IMG/VR virus record: IMGVR_UViG_3300020434_000087
Coordinates: 1 to 42,148 of that record
Strand: one strand, 5' to 3'
DNA: 42,148 bases
DNA from: a virus
Taxonomy: Duplodnaviria > Caudoviricetes
The translations under genes were made by a program, and so were the position numbers. The notes below the pieces were generated by a model. That model ran no database searches. It was given only the letters and a program-made list of their open reading frames with translations, and was not told where the DNA came from. Each line of letters begins with the position of its first letter. The first letter of the stretch is position 1. This document shows positions 8,948 to 18,186 of this stretch, one piece after another.

Positions 8948-9441
8948 TTTCCTACAAATTGTTTATCAGTTATCGCAACAAGTTCACTCATCACTGTCAT
9001 ATTATTAGACCACTTCTTTTTAATATCTGGATACCATACTCCTTCTGATCTTTTTGGTGTACCATCAGGATAATATGCCATTGCGACACATTTCCAATTT
9101 ATTTTTTGATTTTCCTCTTTGCCCATATAATTTGAAATCCAATCACCTGTTCTCAAATAATGTTCCATGAAACGGACATATCCTAATTTATTATCTGCTG
9201 CTGCTTGTGCCCTCTCTTTTGCTTTTGAAGATGAACCTCTCGCAGACCTAGCAAATGCAGAAGCCTCTTCTTTAGCATGTTTAATCCATTCTTTCACATT
9301 TTTAAGAGAAAGTGGATCATCATCTGGTTTCGCTAAAACAGATTTATAAATGTTTTTATATTTGGCTGGTTTTCTTTTGGCTCTCAATTTTGCCATTCTT
9401 TCTGCCGCCTGTTTGGGAGTTTCTTTTGCTTTTTTCGCCAT
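8944..9441 (-). CDS. Basic hypothetical phage protein
   Basis: 165-aa Lys-rich ORF with ATGA overlap to rnh. Confidence 0.75.
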   Translation of the reverse strand: MAKKAKETPKQAAERMAKLRAKRKPAKYKNIYKSVLAKPDDDPLSLKNVKEWIKHAKEEASAFARSARGSSSKAKERAQAAADNKLGYVRFMEHYLRTGDWISNYMGKEENQKINWKCVAMAYYPDGTPKRSEGVWYPDIKKKWSNNMTVMSELVAITDKQFVGK

Positions 9442-9524
9442 TTAAGTTCTCAATTTATTGTTAATAAGAGGAAGGGTAGAGGTTATGCCTAGAAGGTTCA
9501 GGGAATCTTCTTCTAGTATGTTGT

Positions 9525-10526
9525 CTAACTTACCCTTCCAGTTGGTGGTTGTATCATCGCAGACAATCCTTCCAATAACTGTTGCCACAATTGGAGTCTT
9601 ATTTGCCAATTATAAAAAGTGTCTGCATAGACTTTTTGTAATCCTATCATATTTTGGCAATCTATATTTTCATAAGTCATCAATACATTTTTCAAAAGAT
9701 GTGAAAAAAGATAACGATGCCTACTTTTATCATGTTCCATATTATATGTCCAAGCAAATTGTCCAGTTGTTTCTGGTAATGCTCCAAATTGCGGACAGAC
9801 GATTAAATTTTTAGCACTCATCGCCTCCATTGCGACTATGCATGACGTTTCCAAATATGTATTAGGATATGCTAATACATGAGAATCGACCATAGCTTTC
9901 CTAACTTCCTCATTAGGTCGATTACCATAATAATTTATCCTATCATTCTTCTCACATCTGTCAAATAATTTTTGATATTGGATATCATTTGCTGGTCTAT
10001 TATATAATTTAAAAGACGAAAATACATCCAATTCCCAATCAAAATCATTCAAATCATTTTCAACAACATCTAATAATATATCCAATCCTCGATGTGGCGT
10101 TGAAGCATAAATTAATTTTATTGGTTGTCCTAAAGATTTTTCTTCTATATGAATTGGATCTATAGCATTTTGCACGACCATTGAAATTTCATAAGGTACA
10201 CCATACATAATATGAAACATCTGTTGTTGCCAATAAGATACAAATACAATCTTAACAAATTGTTTGCAGTAATTGGGGTCTTTAAATTGTGATTGTATCC
10301 CCTGATCAAATGGGGTTTCATGCATCCATAAAATGGTTGGTCTTTTGGGATCAATTGGTTTTTTAGGATAAGATAAAACCCAATCAAATTGATCACACAA
10401 GTCTGGTAATTCACTAAAGAGTCTTCTTGCTTGAATTTCAGTTCCACCGTTAGCCTTTGGATCTATTAATTCAACGGGGTCATCATCAGATTTTCCACCA
10501 TCAATTACTGTTAATTTCGGTCTCAT
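9525..10526 (-). CDS. Glycosyltransferase, GT-B fold (GT4-like)
   Basis: GGTE, YASTPHRGL, YPNTYLETSCIVAMEAM, GALPET. Start moved to the ATG at 10526 (ATGA overlap with the upstream gene). Confidence 0.88.
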   Translation of the reverse strand: MRPKLTVIDGGKSDDDPVELIDPKANGGTEIQARRLFSELPDLCDQFDWVLSYPKKPIDPKRPTILWMHETPFDQGIQSQFKDPNYCKQFVKIVFVSYWQQQMFHIMYGVPYEISMVVQNAIDPIHIEEKSLGQPIKLIYASTPHRGLDILLDVVENDLNDFDWELDVFSSFKLYNRPANDIQYQKLFDRCEKNDRINYYGNRPNEEVRKAMVDSHVLAYPNTYLETSCIVAMEAMSAKNLIVCPQFGALPETTGQFAWTYNMEHDKSRHRYLFSHLLKNVLMTYENIDCQNMIGLQKVYADTFYNWQIRLQLWQQLLEGLSAMIQPPTGRVS

Positions 10527-10954
10527 ATGTTTTGGGAATTTTCTACTTGGGCAGACCAATGTTTTGTTTCACCTTCAAGAACATCAGTTTCACTTGATCT
10601 TATATTGTTAGTAGTGATAGGATCTTCAGTACTACCAACATTTTTTATGAGTTGAACTCGATTAAAATAGGTTTGGTCTTGACCATCTAAACTATTCTTT
10701 CCATGATTACATGTGGCATGAATAATTATACAGTCACCCACTCTAGCTTCTGGAATTTCACCTTTAGTTGTATATTTAAAAAATATACCACGTCTTTCAG
10801 ATCTATCTTCAATGACATGAACTTTTCCATATTTTGGTGAGTTTGTTATTTTGGAAACCTTGACAAAAAAATTCTTTCTTTCTTTATCTTTTCCCATGAA
10901 CGGATCACTGGGCTCAACTTTCACTTCTTCCATATTTCTATCACGCCAAGACAT
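10523..10954 (-). CDS. Hypothetical protein, possible OB-fold
   Basis: Beta-rich; VGDCIIIHAT...QTYFNRV resembles phage OB-fold proteins. Confidence 0.6.
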   Translation of the reverse strand: MSWRDRNMEEVKVEPSDPFMGKDKERKNFFVKVSKITNSPKYGKVHVIEDRSERRGIFFKYTTKGEIPEARVGDCIIIHATCNHGKNSLDGQDQTYFNRVQLIKNVGSTEDPITTNNIRSSETDVLEGETKHWSAQVENSQNI

Positions 10955-10956
10955 TA

Positions 10957-11280
10957 TTAATTTAGTAAGGTTCCCTCTGGTGCTTCTTCTGGAGTTAATT
11001 TAATCTTTTCATCAGACTTCATTAAATCACTTAAATCAAATGGTTGTGGGTCACCATTTTCATCTAAAGTAAATGTTGTTATTTTTCCTGTAACATTTCC
11101 TTCATCAGTATAACCTATTTTAAACTTAACTACCACATTATCTGTAGATTTTAAAAATAAGTCGGCGTTAGTCCAAGTCATTTCTCCTTCAGCAAAGTTT
11201 CCAGTAGAAGAAATCATCTCAGTAAGGGTACTCTCTAAACACTCTAATATTCTATCTTTTTCTACGTCTTTCTTATTCAT
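10957..11280 (-). CDS. Acidic hypothetical protein
   Basis: 107-aa ORF packed in the operon; AGGA SD. Confidence 0.7.
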   Translation of the reverse strand: MNKKDVEKDRILECLESTLTEMISSTGNFAEGEMTWTNADLFLKSTDNVVVKFKIGYTDEGNVTGKITTFTLDENGDPQPFDLSDLMKSDEKIKLTPEEAPEGTLLN

Positions 11281-11289
11281 TATATCATC

Positions 11290-11898
11290 CTATTTTGTAA
11301 TTGTCAAGTTATTATACCCATATTTACAAATATAGTATGAGTCTACAATGTCACTTGTAGGATTCTTTATTGTATCAGACTTTGGAGATATTGTCAAGTT
11401 TATTTTAGTTTTGGTTTCTTCACAAAAATTTTCGTACATCAGATCCTTATTAGCGGTTCCCTTGCCTGTCGCAAATTTTTTAATTACTGTTGGTGGTACT
11501 ATTATATATTTAACACCATGTTTTTTCAATTTATATTTCAAAATAGCCATGTTTTCAGCAATATGAAAGACTCTACCAGTTGCCGCATACGCATAATCTT
11601 CCAATACAACAAGATCTGGTTTATCATAGGGTATATTTACAGTCTTATTAAAATTTGCATATAATAGATTGTGTATTACCCAATCTGCTAAAAATTCATA
11701 CCGTTCTAAGGCATCAGTCCAAGATTCATATAATGTAACTTTTACATTTTGAATGGCGGACCACCTCCCCATTTGGCTAGTATTATTAGCAATACAATAA
11801 TGCTCAACGTTATTATAATTCCATCTGTTGCCATGATATATCGTAACTGCGGGACTAGTTAATGAGTAATCAATCCCCGCTATCTTGTGAGTTTTCAT
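11290..11898 (-). CDS. RuvC-like Holliday junction resolvase
   Basis: AGIDYSLTSP, LEDYAY, KKFATGKGTANK, DIVDSY. Confidence 0.82.
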   Translation of the reverse strand: MKTHKIAGIDYSLTSPAVTIYHGNRWNYNNVEHYCIANNTSQMGRWSAIQNVKVTLYESWTDALERYEFLADWVIHNLLYANFNKTVNIPYDKPDLVVLEDYAYAATGRVFHIAENMAILKYKLKKHGVKYIIVPPTVIKKFATGKGTANKDLMYENFCEETKTKINLTISPKSDTIKNPTSDIVDSYYICKYGYNNLTITK

Positions 11899-12088
11899 AA
11901 TAATCTTGAATACTGTTTAGAGCATCTAATGAAAATTGAAGTCCTCGTATATAATATTTAAGTTGTTGTGGTAGAATAATTTCCTCCACATCAGTAGACT
12001 TCTTTTTTCTTACTTCTGTAATAAAACGTTTTGTTTTATCTATTTCATTTATTAATATACTCTGAAATGCTTCAAATGTCTTTGTCAT
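11870..12088 (-). CDS. Hypothetical protein
   Basis: 72-aa ORF directly downstream of TATAAATA. Confidence 0.6.
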   Translation of the reverse strand: MTKTFEAFQSILINEIDKTKRFITEVRKKKSTDVEEIILPQQLKYYIRGLQFSLDALNSIQDYYENSQDSGD

Positions 12089-12091
12089 TGT

Positions 12092-12099
12092 TATTTATA
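12092..12099 (-). promoter_or_regulatory. T4-type late promoter (TATAAATA)
   Basis: Exact T4 late consensus in an intergenic gap; a variant ACTAAATA lies at 16835-16842. Short AT-rich motif, so a chance match is possible. Confidence 0.55.
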
Positions 12100-12113
12100 A
12101 TTGTAAGGAGGGT

Positions 12114-12500
12114 TCAAATTACTGGCATTTGAAACAGTGCTTTTATCCACTTAGGGGGTCTAACCCTAGCAAATACTACCCATCCCAGAGCACAACTCTT
12201 CTGCCATCTCTCTATATCCATCTCTTCCCTATAGGTATTCATACTCATTCCGGTAGTTAACACATCATCTACTATACATATAGGGTCTTCTTCCTTACCT
12301 GTTCCATGTCGATTCAGTAATTTTCCTAATACATTACCGCCTCTAGGAATTCCAATTGCTTCTCGAAATGGTGGTGAAATCTCCATAATCATTTGTGTTA
12401 TACATTCCCACTCTCTATGTGAAAGTGCATCCATTTCGATTTTCCATTTCAAATCTAATCCGGCGTGAGATGTAAACTCTATTTTTTGAAATATATCTAT
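12114..12500 (-). CDS. Type I phosphoribosyltransferase (short, orotate-PRT-like)
   Basis: GIPRGG and ICIVDDVLTTG PRPP loop. The frame extends upstream of the track start (12452) as xDIFQKIEFTSHAGLDL to an ATA at 12500. Confidence 0.75.
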   Translation of the reverse strand: MDIFQKIEFTSHAGLDLKWKIEMDALSHREWECITQMIMEISPPFREAIGIPRGGNVLGKLLNRHGTGKEEDPICIVDDVLTTGMSMNTYREEMDIERWQKSCALGWVVFARVRPPKWIKALFQMPVI

Positions 12501-12502
12501 TT

Positions 12503-13459
12503 CTATCCTTTGCTATATTTTTGTTGTTCTGGTAAATATTGTTCTCCATCTTCTCTCACTTGCTCATCTTCTATATATTCATTATCCTCATAAGATTGTG
12601 CTAATCTCCACTTCAAATATTCATACGCAGAAATTGGTGGATATTTTGCCGGTGTACCCATAAGATTTTCAATCATAACATCTCGACCAGGATCTACGAA
12701 ATAGGGCATTGAGTATCGTGGTCTATCCATTGCCACATTCACTACTCTATGTGGAGTAGATTTAAATAAATCATTTGTCCATCGTGCAAACATATCTGCA
12801 ATATTAAGTACGATACTATTTTCAACTATTGGTACATCTTCCCATTCATCTTTTTTATTATCAAATAACTGTAAACCTGGACAATCATCAAATCTCCAAA
12901 GTAATGTTTGAGTTCCATAATCAGTATGTTCATTTGCTCTCAATTGACCTTCTTTGATTTCACCATCCCATACAGGATATTTAATCATTCTCATAGTAGC
13001 AGAACCATCTAAATGTTTCTCTACTAATGTTCCAGTAGGAATTCTCAAAACTTTTTCAAATCTGTAGAGGAATTGATAGGACAACATTCTTGAAATGCGT
13101 TCTATCTTTTGTGCGAGGGGTTTGAATTCTGGTATTTCAGTAGGCCAGTATTGTTCCTGCATCCTTGCGGGTTCAACCCAATTATAAGATTCTTTGAGAT
13201 CGCCGGGCTTGGATGGAGTCAGAGATTCTTCCTCTATCCAGTTATAACCAATATTTTCTTTTACACCAGAGTAAGCATATTTCTTTTTCACCTCTAATGG
13301 TAGTTGGAAAAACTCTTCCATAAGTTTCTCCCAATCTTGGAATTCTGATAACCATTCATTATAGACATTAGTAAAGACAGCAAAACCACAAGTGGTATAG
13401 GCTTTATACATTTCTTCAATACAATCATCATTCCATCTAAAGTCTATAATTGGTATCAT
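12503..13459 (-). CDS. 2OG-Fe(II) oxygenase, IPNS/DIOX family
   Basis: IPIIDF, DLKES, HTDYG, HRV, RYS. Confidence 0.92.
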   Translation of the reverse strand: MIPIIDFRWNDDCIEEMYKAYTTCGFAVFTNVYNEWLSEFQDWEKLMEEFFQLPLEVKKKYAYSGVKENIGYNWIEEESLTPSKPGDLKESYNWVEPARMQEQYWPTEIPEFKPLAQKIERISRMLSYQFLYRFEKVLRIPTGTLVEKHLDGSATMRMIKYPVWDGEIKEGQLRANEHTDYGTQTLLWRFDDCPGLQLFDNKKDEWEDVPIVENSIVLNIADMFARWTNDLFKSTPHRVVNVAMDRPRYSMPYFVDPGRDVMIENLMGTPAKYPPISAYEYLKWRLAQSYEDNEYIEDEQVREDGEQYLPEQQKYSKG

Positions 13460-14037
13460 TTATTTTCTGGTTTGAAAATTGGCAGTTTTTCTAAAAAAAT
13501 TATATCACCCTTATCATATCCAGCCTCTTCTAATAAGACTGCCGCTTTACATATAATAGAACAATCAATTTTTTCTAACATTGCCTGAAGTCCTATCAAA
13601 GAACCACCTGTAGAAACTACATCATCAATAATACAAACGTTCTTTCCTTCTAATTTCTTAACATCACAACTATCAAGGACAAGTGTTTGTGCTCCTATAG
13701 TTGTAATAGATTGAACTTTTTCTATCATAGGATTATTCATATATCCCTTGATGCCTTTTCTTGCAATGACATAATCTTTTTTCAACCTTCTTGCAATGGT
13801 ATGTACCAACGGTATTCCCTTTGCTTCTGGTGTACATAAAATGTCAATTCCATCTTTAGGAAAATCTGTATGAAGAATAATTGCTTCAGCACATTCTTCT
13901 ATTAATTCTGTATCACCCAACATGACAAAGCTCGCAATAGCGAGCTCGTCATGAATTTTCACTTTGGGTAATTTACGTGTAAGTCCTGCAACATCTAATT
14001 CATAGAACTCATCCGCAAAAGGTTCTCCCCAAGCCAT
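13456..14037 (-). CDS. Adenine/purine phosphoribosyltransferase family
   Basis: TPEAKGIP, ARK, IIDDVVSTGGS. Confidence 0.85.
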   Translation of the reverse strand: MAWGEPFADEFYELDVAGLTRKLPKVKIHDELAIASFVMLGDTELIEECAEAIILHTDFPKDGIDILCTPEAKGIPLVHTIARRLKKDYVIARKGIKGYMNNPMIEKVQSITTIGAQTLVLDSCDVKKLEGKNVCIIDDVVSTGGSLIGLQAMLEKIDCSIICKAAVLLEEAGYDKGDIIFLEKLPIFKPENK

Positions 14038-14038
14038 A

Positions 14039-15172
14039 TTACACTCCTGTAAAGGCTAATTGTGTCAAAAACCCCGCAACCAATCCATAGAACGGATTAA
14101 ACTTCATAGTTACAAAGGCGGTTGCACCAATTACCATTCCCATCGGGCCAAATCCATATGGTCCTGCGAAATCACCTGCTTGTGCAATCGCACCATTGAT
14201 GTTTGTCATAAATGTTACAAAAACACCCAGTACAAAAAGAAAACCCGCAATGGATGCTCTATGCACATATTGTCCTATAACAGGAAGTAATTTAGTCAAA
14301 AGAATGACTGCCATTATTCCCATCATAATACAAGATGCCACTATCGGCATTGGTGCAGCCGCAGTACCAGAAATAATTGCTTCAACCGGGCCACCACCAA
14401 AGAAGGCAGAACCCATATCAGCCAAACTTGAATAAATTGCAAGATGGTCTATATTTGTATTAGTTCCTGCAATACTTCCAGTAATCTTACCGAATGAAAT
14501 ATTCGCACCAATATTCAAACAAGCAAGAGATAATGCGCCTAAGACAATGTTTCTATTTGTCCAAAACTTCCACTCAATATTTCCTGTAGTGAATTTTTCT
14601 CTTGAATGATCTACTGTAATTTCTTCTAACTCTACTCCCAATGAAGTTCTAAGTTCTGCATTGAATTTCAATAAAACATAAAATGCAGTAGAAAGTGCTA
14701 CAGACGCAATAATTGTCCATGCCAAATCTTTTGTCCAAAACCAAACAGCCAAGGCACTAATCATAGAGACTATACCTGTCCATTTTTCTGAATTGAACAA
14801 ATCTATTGCTACATTTGCAAGCATCAATCCAACTCCACACATCATAGATGTGACAACTACTGGTCCTATAAATTGAACAAGTGCCTCGTTCATTCCAAGT
14901 ATTGATGGAATCAACAATAATGCGGCACCCCAAAATATGAGAGATAATCTCTCTTTCATAGTACTACCCAAAGTACCAGCGAGCGTAATCGTTTCTGCTT
15001 GAAACGAAATAGTTGCTACTGAAGCAAATGCCATTGAACCTAAAATACCAATAACAAATGCAATTGCGGTAGGAAATGCGGCGAACCCAAAGGATAAGGC
15101 TAAAATTCCTTGAGGTACACCATTAATTACAACCGCCATTGCGGTCAAAATACTTTCAAATAAGCCTTCCAT
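14039..15172 (-). CDS. Polytopic membrane permease, probably NCS2/AzgA-like nucleobase transporter
   Basis: About 10 or more hydrophobic segments, SFQAETI, GGGPVEAIISGT; flanked by PRTase and BMP genes. Confidence 0.7.
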   Translation of the reverse strand: MEGLFESILTAMAVVINGVPQGILALSFGFAAFPTAIAFVIGILGSMAFASVATISFQAETITLAGTLGSTMKERLSLIFWGAALLLIPSILGMNEALVQFIGPVVVTSMMCGVGLMLANVAIDLFNSEKWTGIVSMISALAVWFWTKDLAWTIIASVALSTAFYVLLKFNAELRTSLGVELEEITVDHSREKFTTGNIEWKFWTNRNIVLGALSLACLNIGANISFGKITGSIAGTNTNIDHLAIYSSLADMGSAFFGGGPVEAIISGTAAAPMPIVASCIMMGIMAVILLTKLLPVIGQYVHRASIAGFLFVLGVFVTFMTNINGAIAQAGDFAGPYGFGPMGMVIGATAFVTMKFNPFYGLVAGFLTQLAFTGV

Positions 15173-15199
15173 ATTACTACTCCTTATTTATTTTGAAGT

Positions 15200-15226
15200 T
15201 GTGAGGGCCATTATGTAGCCCCCACA
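15200..15226 (-). other. Intercistronic stem-loop (mRNA stabiliser or weak terminator)
   Basis: TGTGGGGGCTA-CATAA-TGGCCCTCACA; 11-bp stem with 2 GU pairs and no U-tract. Confidence 0.5.
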
Positions 15227-15234
15227 CACTTTTT

Positions 15235-16317
15235 TTAATTTAATTTACCATTCACACCTTCGACATAAAAATTCATAGTGTCAAGAGCGTGTCTTTTGAT
15301 TTCACCGGCAGGAATTACTGTTCCATCTTGCTTAGTAACACCGGCGCTAAATGGAAAGAATCTATCCATCTTGTCATTTACCCAATCCATTTGGATATTC
15401 TCAACATGATTCACAACTTTGCCAGGCACGTTGACACCCCAAGGCGAAAGTCCTACACAATTTTCCTGTAAACCCCAATTTAACCGCTGACCTGGTTTCC
15501 ACGTTCCATTTGCAACAGAGTCAGCTAGGTGTTTATACATAAGATTCCAGTTGAACATCATTCCTGTGATGTATCTATCTGGGCCGTTATTTCCCATAGG
15601 TGCATCATTACCCATACTCCACACTTCTTTACCATCACGTTTCCACGCTTGTTGTGCAAGAGCAACTACACTAGGTGAATCGGTTGTGGTGAACAAAATA
15701 TCATTATTATCATCAAGAAGTGCTTTGGCTGCATCCATATCTTTAGGTGGATCGAACCAACTATTAATCCACACGATATTAACTTCTGCTTTTGGATTAA
15801 CTGACCTTGCACCAAGTATGAGGGCATTAATGTTACGAATGATTTCTGGAATTGGATGTGAACCAACTACACCAATCTTATTAGTTTTTGTCATCAATCC
15901 TGCAGCAACACCAGAAAGGTATCGTGCTTGATAACTCATACAACCATAATTATCAAAGTTAGTATCATTACCTTTGTAACCTGTAGCATGCATGAAAATT
16001 GTGTCAGGATTTTTCTTTGCAGCTTTATCCATTCCATCCATATAACCGAATGAGGTTGCAAATACAATATCGTGTTTTCGTGCGAGTTTTTGGAATATTT
16101 TTTGTGACTCTGCTTCAGGCACCATTTCAACCATCGATACTTTATAACCATGTTTTGTTAATGATTGAAATCCATCATGATGTCTCATTGACCATCCACC
16201 ATCGGTATGTGGTCCCACTAGAACATATCCAATTGAAGGTAATTTCTTACCAACTGTAACCATACTAAAAGCTGCAAACATTGCAACTACTGCCACTAGG
16301 GCAATTATTTTCTTCAT
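15235..16317 (-). CDS. BMP/PnrA-family nucleoside-binding periplasmic protein
   Basis: Signal peptide, VGPHTDGGWS, FATSFGY, YQARYLSG, INSWFDP. Confidence 0.9.
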   Translation of the reverse strand: MKKIIALVAVVAMFAAFSMVTVGKKLPSIGYVLVGPHTDGGWSMRHHDGFQSLTKHGYKVSMVEMVPEAESQKIFQKLARKHDIVFATSFGYMDGMDKAAKKNPDTIFMHATGYKGNDTNFDNYGCMSYQARYLSGVAAGLMTKTNKIGVVGSHPIPEIIRNINALILGARSVNPKAEVNIVWINSWFDPPKDMDAAKALLDDNNDILFTTTDSPSVVALAQQAWKRDGKEVWSMGNDAPMGNNGPDRYITGMMFNWNLMYKHLADSVANGTWKPGQRLNWGLQENCVGLSPWGVNVPGKVVNHVENIQMDWVNDKMDRFFPFSAGVTKQDGTVIPAGEIKRHALDTMNFYVEGVNGKLN

Positions 16318-16341
16318 CTTAACTCCTTCCGAGTTAAATTG

Positions 16342-16797
16342 TTAAACGGGAACATTCCACCAATGCTCCCAGGGAAAATGAATCCAGATATCTTCTGAAT
16401 CCTTCGCACATTCCTGTGCATAATAATGAGGTTCAAAATTACACTCATTATTCCACCAAAGAACAGCAAACCGGACATCTACACCGTTTGCTCTCTCTGT
16501 AATAAAAGTTTTAATTTTATGAAAAGTTTCACCAGAGTCACACACATCATCAACAATTAAAACACGTTTATCAGTTTTTCTTGGTAAATAATCTTCCCAT
16601 TCTGGAAAATCTCTTAATGCTGCTTTAATTGGTTTGAAAGGTTTTTGTAACCAATGACTCATCATGACTCCTGGTAAGAGTCCTCCCCTTGATATACCTA
16701 CTATAACATCAGGGTCGAATTTTGCGAGAACAATCTCTCTACAAAGAGTGTTCACATCTCTTCGCATTTCTTTCCAATCATACCATTTTTTAATCAT
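16342..16797 (-). CDS. Xanthine/guanine (Gpt-like) phosphoribosyltransferase
   Basis: VGISRGGLLPG, LIVDDVCDSGET, WIHFPWE. Confidence 0.85.
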   Translation of the reverse strand: MIKKWYDWKEMRRDVNTLCREIVLAKFDPDVIVGISRGGLLPGVMMSHWLQKPFKPIKAALRDFPEWEDYLPRKTDKRVLIVDDVCDSGETFHKIKTFITERANGVDVRFAVLWWNNECNFEPHYYAQECAKDSEDIWIHFPWEHWWNVPV

Positions 16798-16847
16798 GAA
16801 TATACCTCAAAGAGCCTTCCGCTCCCAATAATTTTATTTAGTAGTTA

Positions 16848-18110
16848 TTAAAATTGTTCCTCTTCTGTTGAACCTTTAATCGCACTAAGATCTGAACTTC
16901 CTGTACATAATTGTCCAATCTGATCAAAATAACTAGCACCAACCTCCCGTTGATGTTTGACTGCTGTAAATCCTCTTTCTTGTGCTGCAAATTCCTTTTC
17001 TTGAAGTTCAACAAAACCAGACATACCAGTATCCCTATACTTTTCAGACAGTTCAAACATACCATAATTCAAAGAATGAAATCCTGCTAGAGTTATGAAT
17101 TGATATTTTACATCCAGATCTCCTAGTTCATCTTTGAAAGTTCTAATCTCTTTATCACTCAATTTTGCTTTCCAGTTGAATGATGGTGAACAGTTGTATG
17201 CAAATAACATATTTGGATATATTGATCTAATATCTTGTACAAATTCTCTACATTCTCCAATGTCAGGGTTTCCTGTTTCCATCCATAACAGATCACAATA
17301 TTCTCCATACGCCAAACCTCTTGCTACCGCTTGATCCATTCCAGCTTTTGTTCTGAAAAATCCTTCTTCAGTTCTTTCACCCGTCATAAATTTACGATCT
17401 TGTCCGTCACTATCAGTCTGTAACAATGCACCAGATAGAGCATCAGTTCTTGCAATAATTACAGTTGGTACATCCATAATGTCTGCGGCTAATCTTGAGG
17501 CTATAAGTTTGTTAATCATATCTTGAGTAGGAACTAAAACCTTTCCTCCCATGTGCCCACACTTTTTAGCAGATGATAGTTGGTCCTCTAAATGTATCCC
17601 TGATGCACCAGCCTCAATTAATGCTTTTACTAATTCATGTGTATTGAGAACTCCTCCAAATCCTGACTCCGCATCAGCTACAATTGGAAGAAAATAATCT
17701 ATCCATTTGTGATGTAATGGTGTCTTATCTTCCATTCTTTGGATTTGATCCGCACGTTGAAATGTATTGTTGATTCTTTTAACTATTGTGGGAACACTGC
17801 TGACTGCATATAATGATTGATCAGGATACATTTGTAGACTATCATTCGCATCACCAGCGACTTGCCATCCAGAAAGATATACTGAATCGAGTCCTGCTTT
17901 TGCCTGTTGCATTGCTTGATTGCCTGTCAACGCACCTAATGCACTAACGTATTTTTTAGTATGTAATATGTCCCAGAGCTTTTCTGATCCAATTTTTGCG
18001 AGCGTATATTCTATCTTCAAGGAACCGCTTAATGATTTGACTTCACTGTGAGAATAAGGTCGTGTCACATGTTTAAAACGGTCACGATTCCACCATTTCA
18101 TTTTATCCAT
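16848..18110 (-). CDS. aceA: Isocitrate lyase
   Basis: KKCGHMGGK active site, YLSGWQVA, DAESGFGG, AYNCSPSFNW, FITLAGFH, STEEEQF C-terminus. Confidence 0.97.
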   Translation of the reverse strand: MDKMKWWNRDRFKHVTRPYSHSEVKSLSGSLKIEYTLAKIGSEKLWDILHTKKYVSALGALTGNQAMQQAKAGLDSVYLSGWQVAGDANDSLQMYPDQSLYAVSSVPTIVKRINNTFQRADQIQRMEDKTPLHHKWIDYFLPIVADAESGFGGVLNTHELVKALIEAGASGIHLEDQLSSAKKCGHMGGKVLVPTQDMINKLIASRLAADIMDVPTVIIARTDALSGALLQTDSDGQDRKFMTGERTEEGFFRTKAGMDQAVARGLAYGEYCDLLWMETGNPDIGECREFVQDIRSIYPNMLFAYNCSPSFNWKAKLSDKEIRTFKDELGDLDVKYQFITLAGFHSLNYGMFELSEKYRDTGMSGFVELQEKEFAAQERGFTAVKHQREVGASYFDQIGQLCTGSSDLSAIKGSTEEEQF

Positions 18111-18186
18111 TTTATATGTTCTTTCTTTGGTGAGGGTTTACAATGATATGTATAAGATTAGGATTTTTGAAGTTTGACATGTTTAT

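Noticed and set aside
10527-10559. Track start of the glycosyltransferase at 10559
   Set aside because: The ATG at 10526 overlaps the upstream stop (ATGA) and is the more plausible start.
12114-18110. Bacterial chromosomal origin of the metabolic block
   Set aside because: Same strand, packing and apparent composition as the flanks, T4-type late motifs nearby, and a paralog shared with the phage cluster. A chimera cannot be fully excluded without reads.
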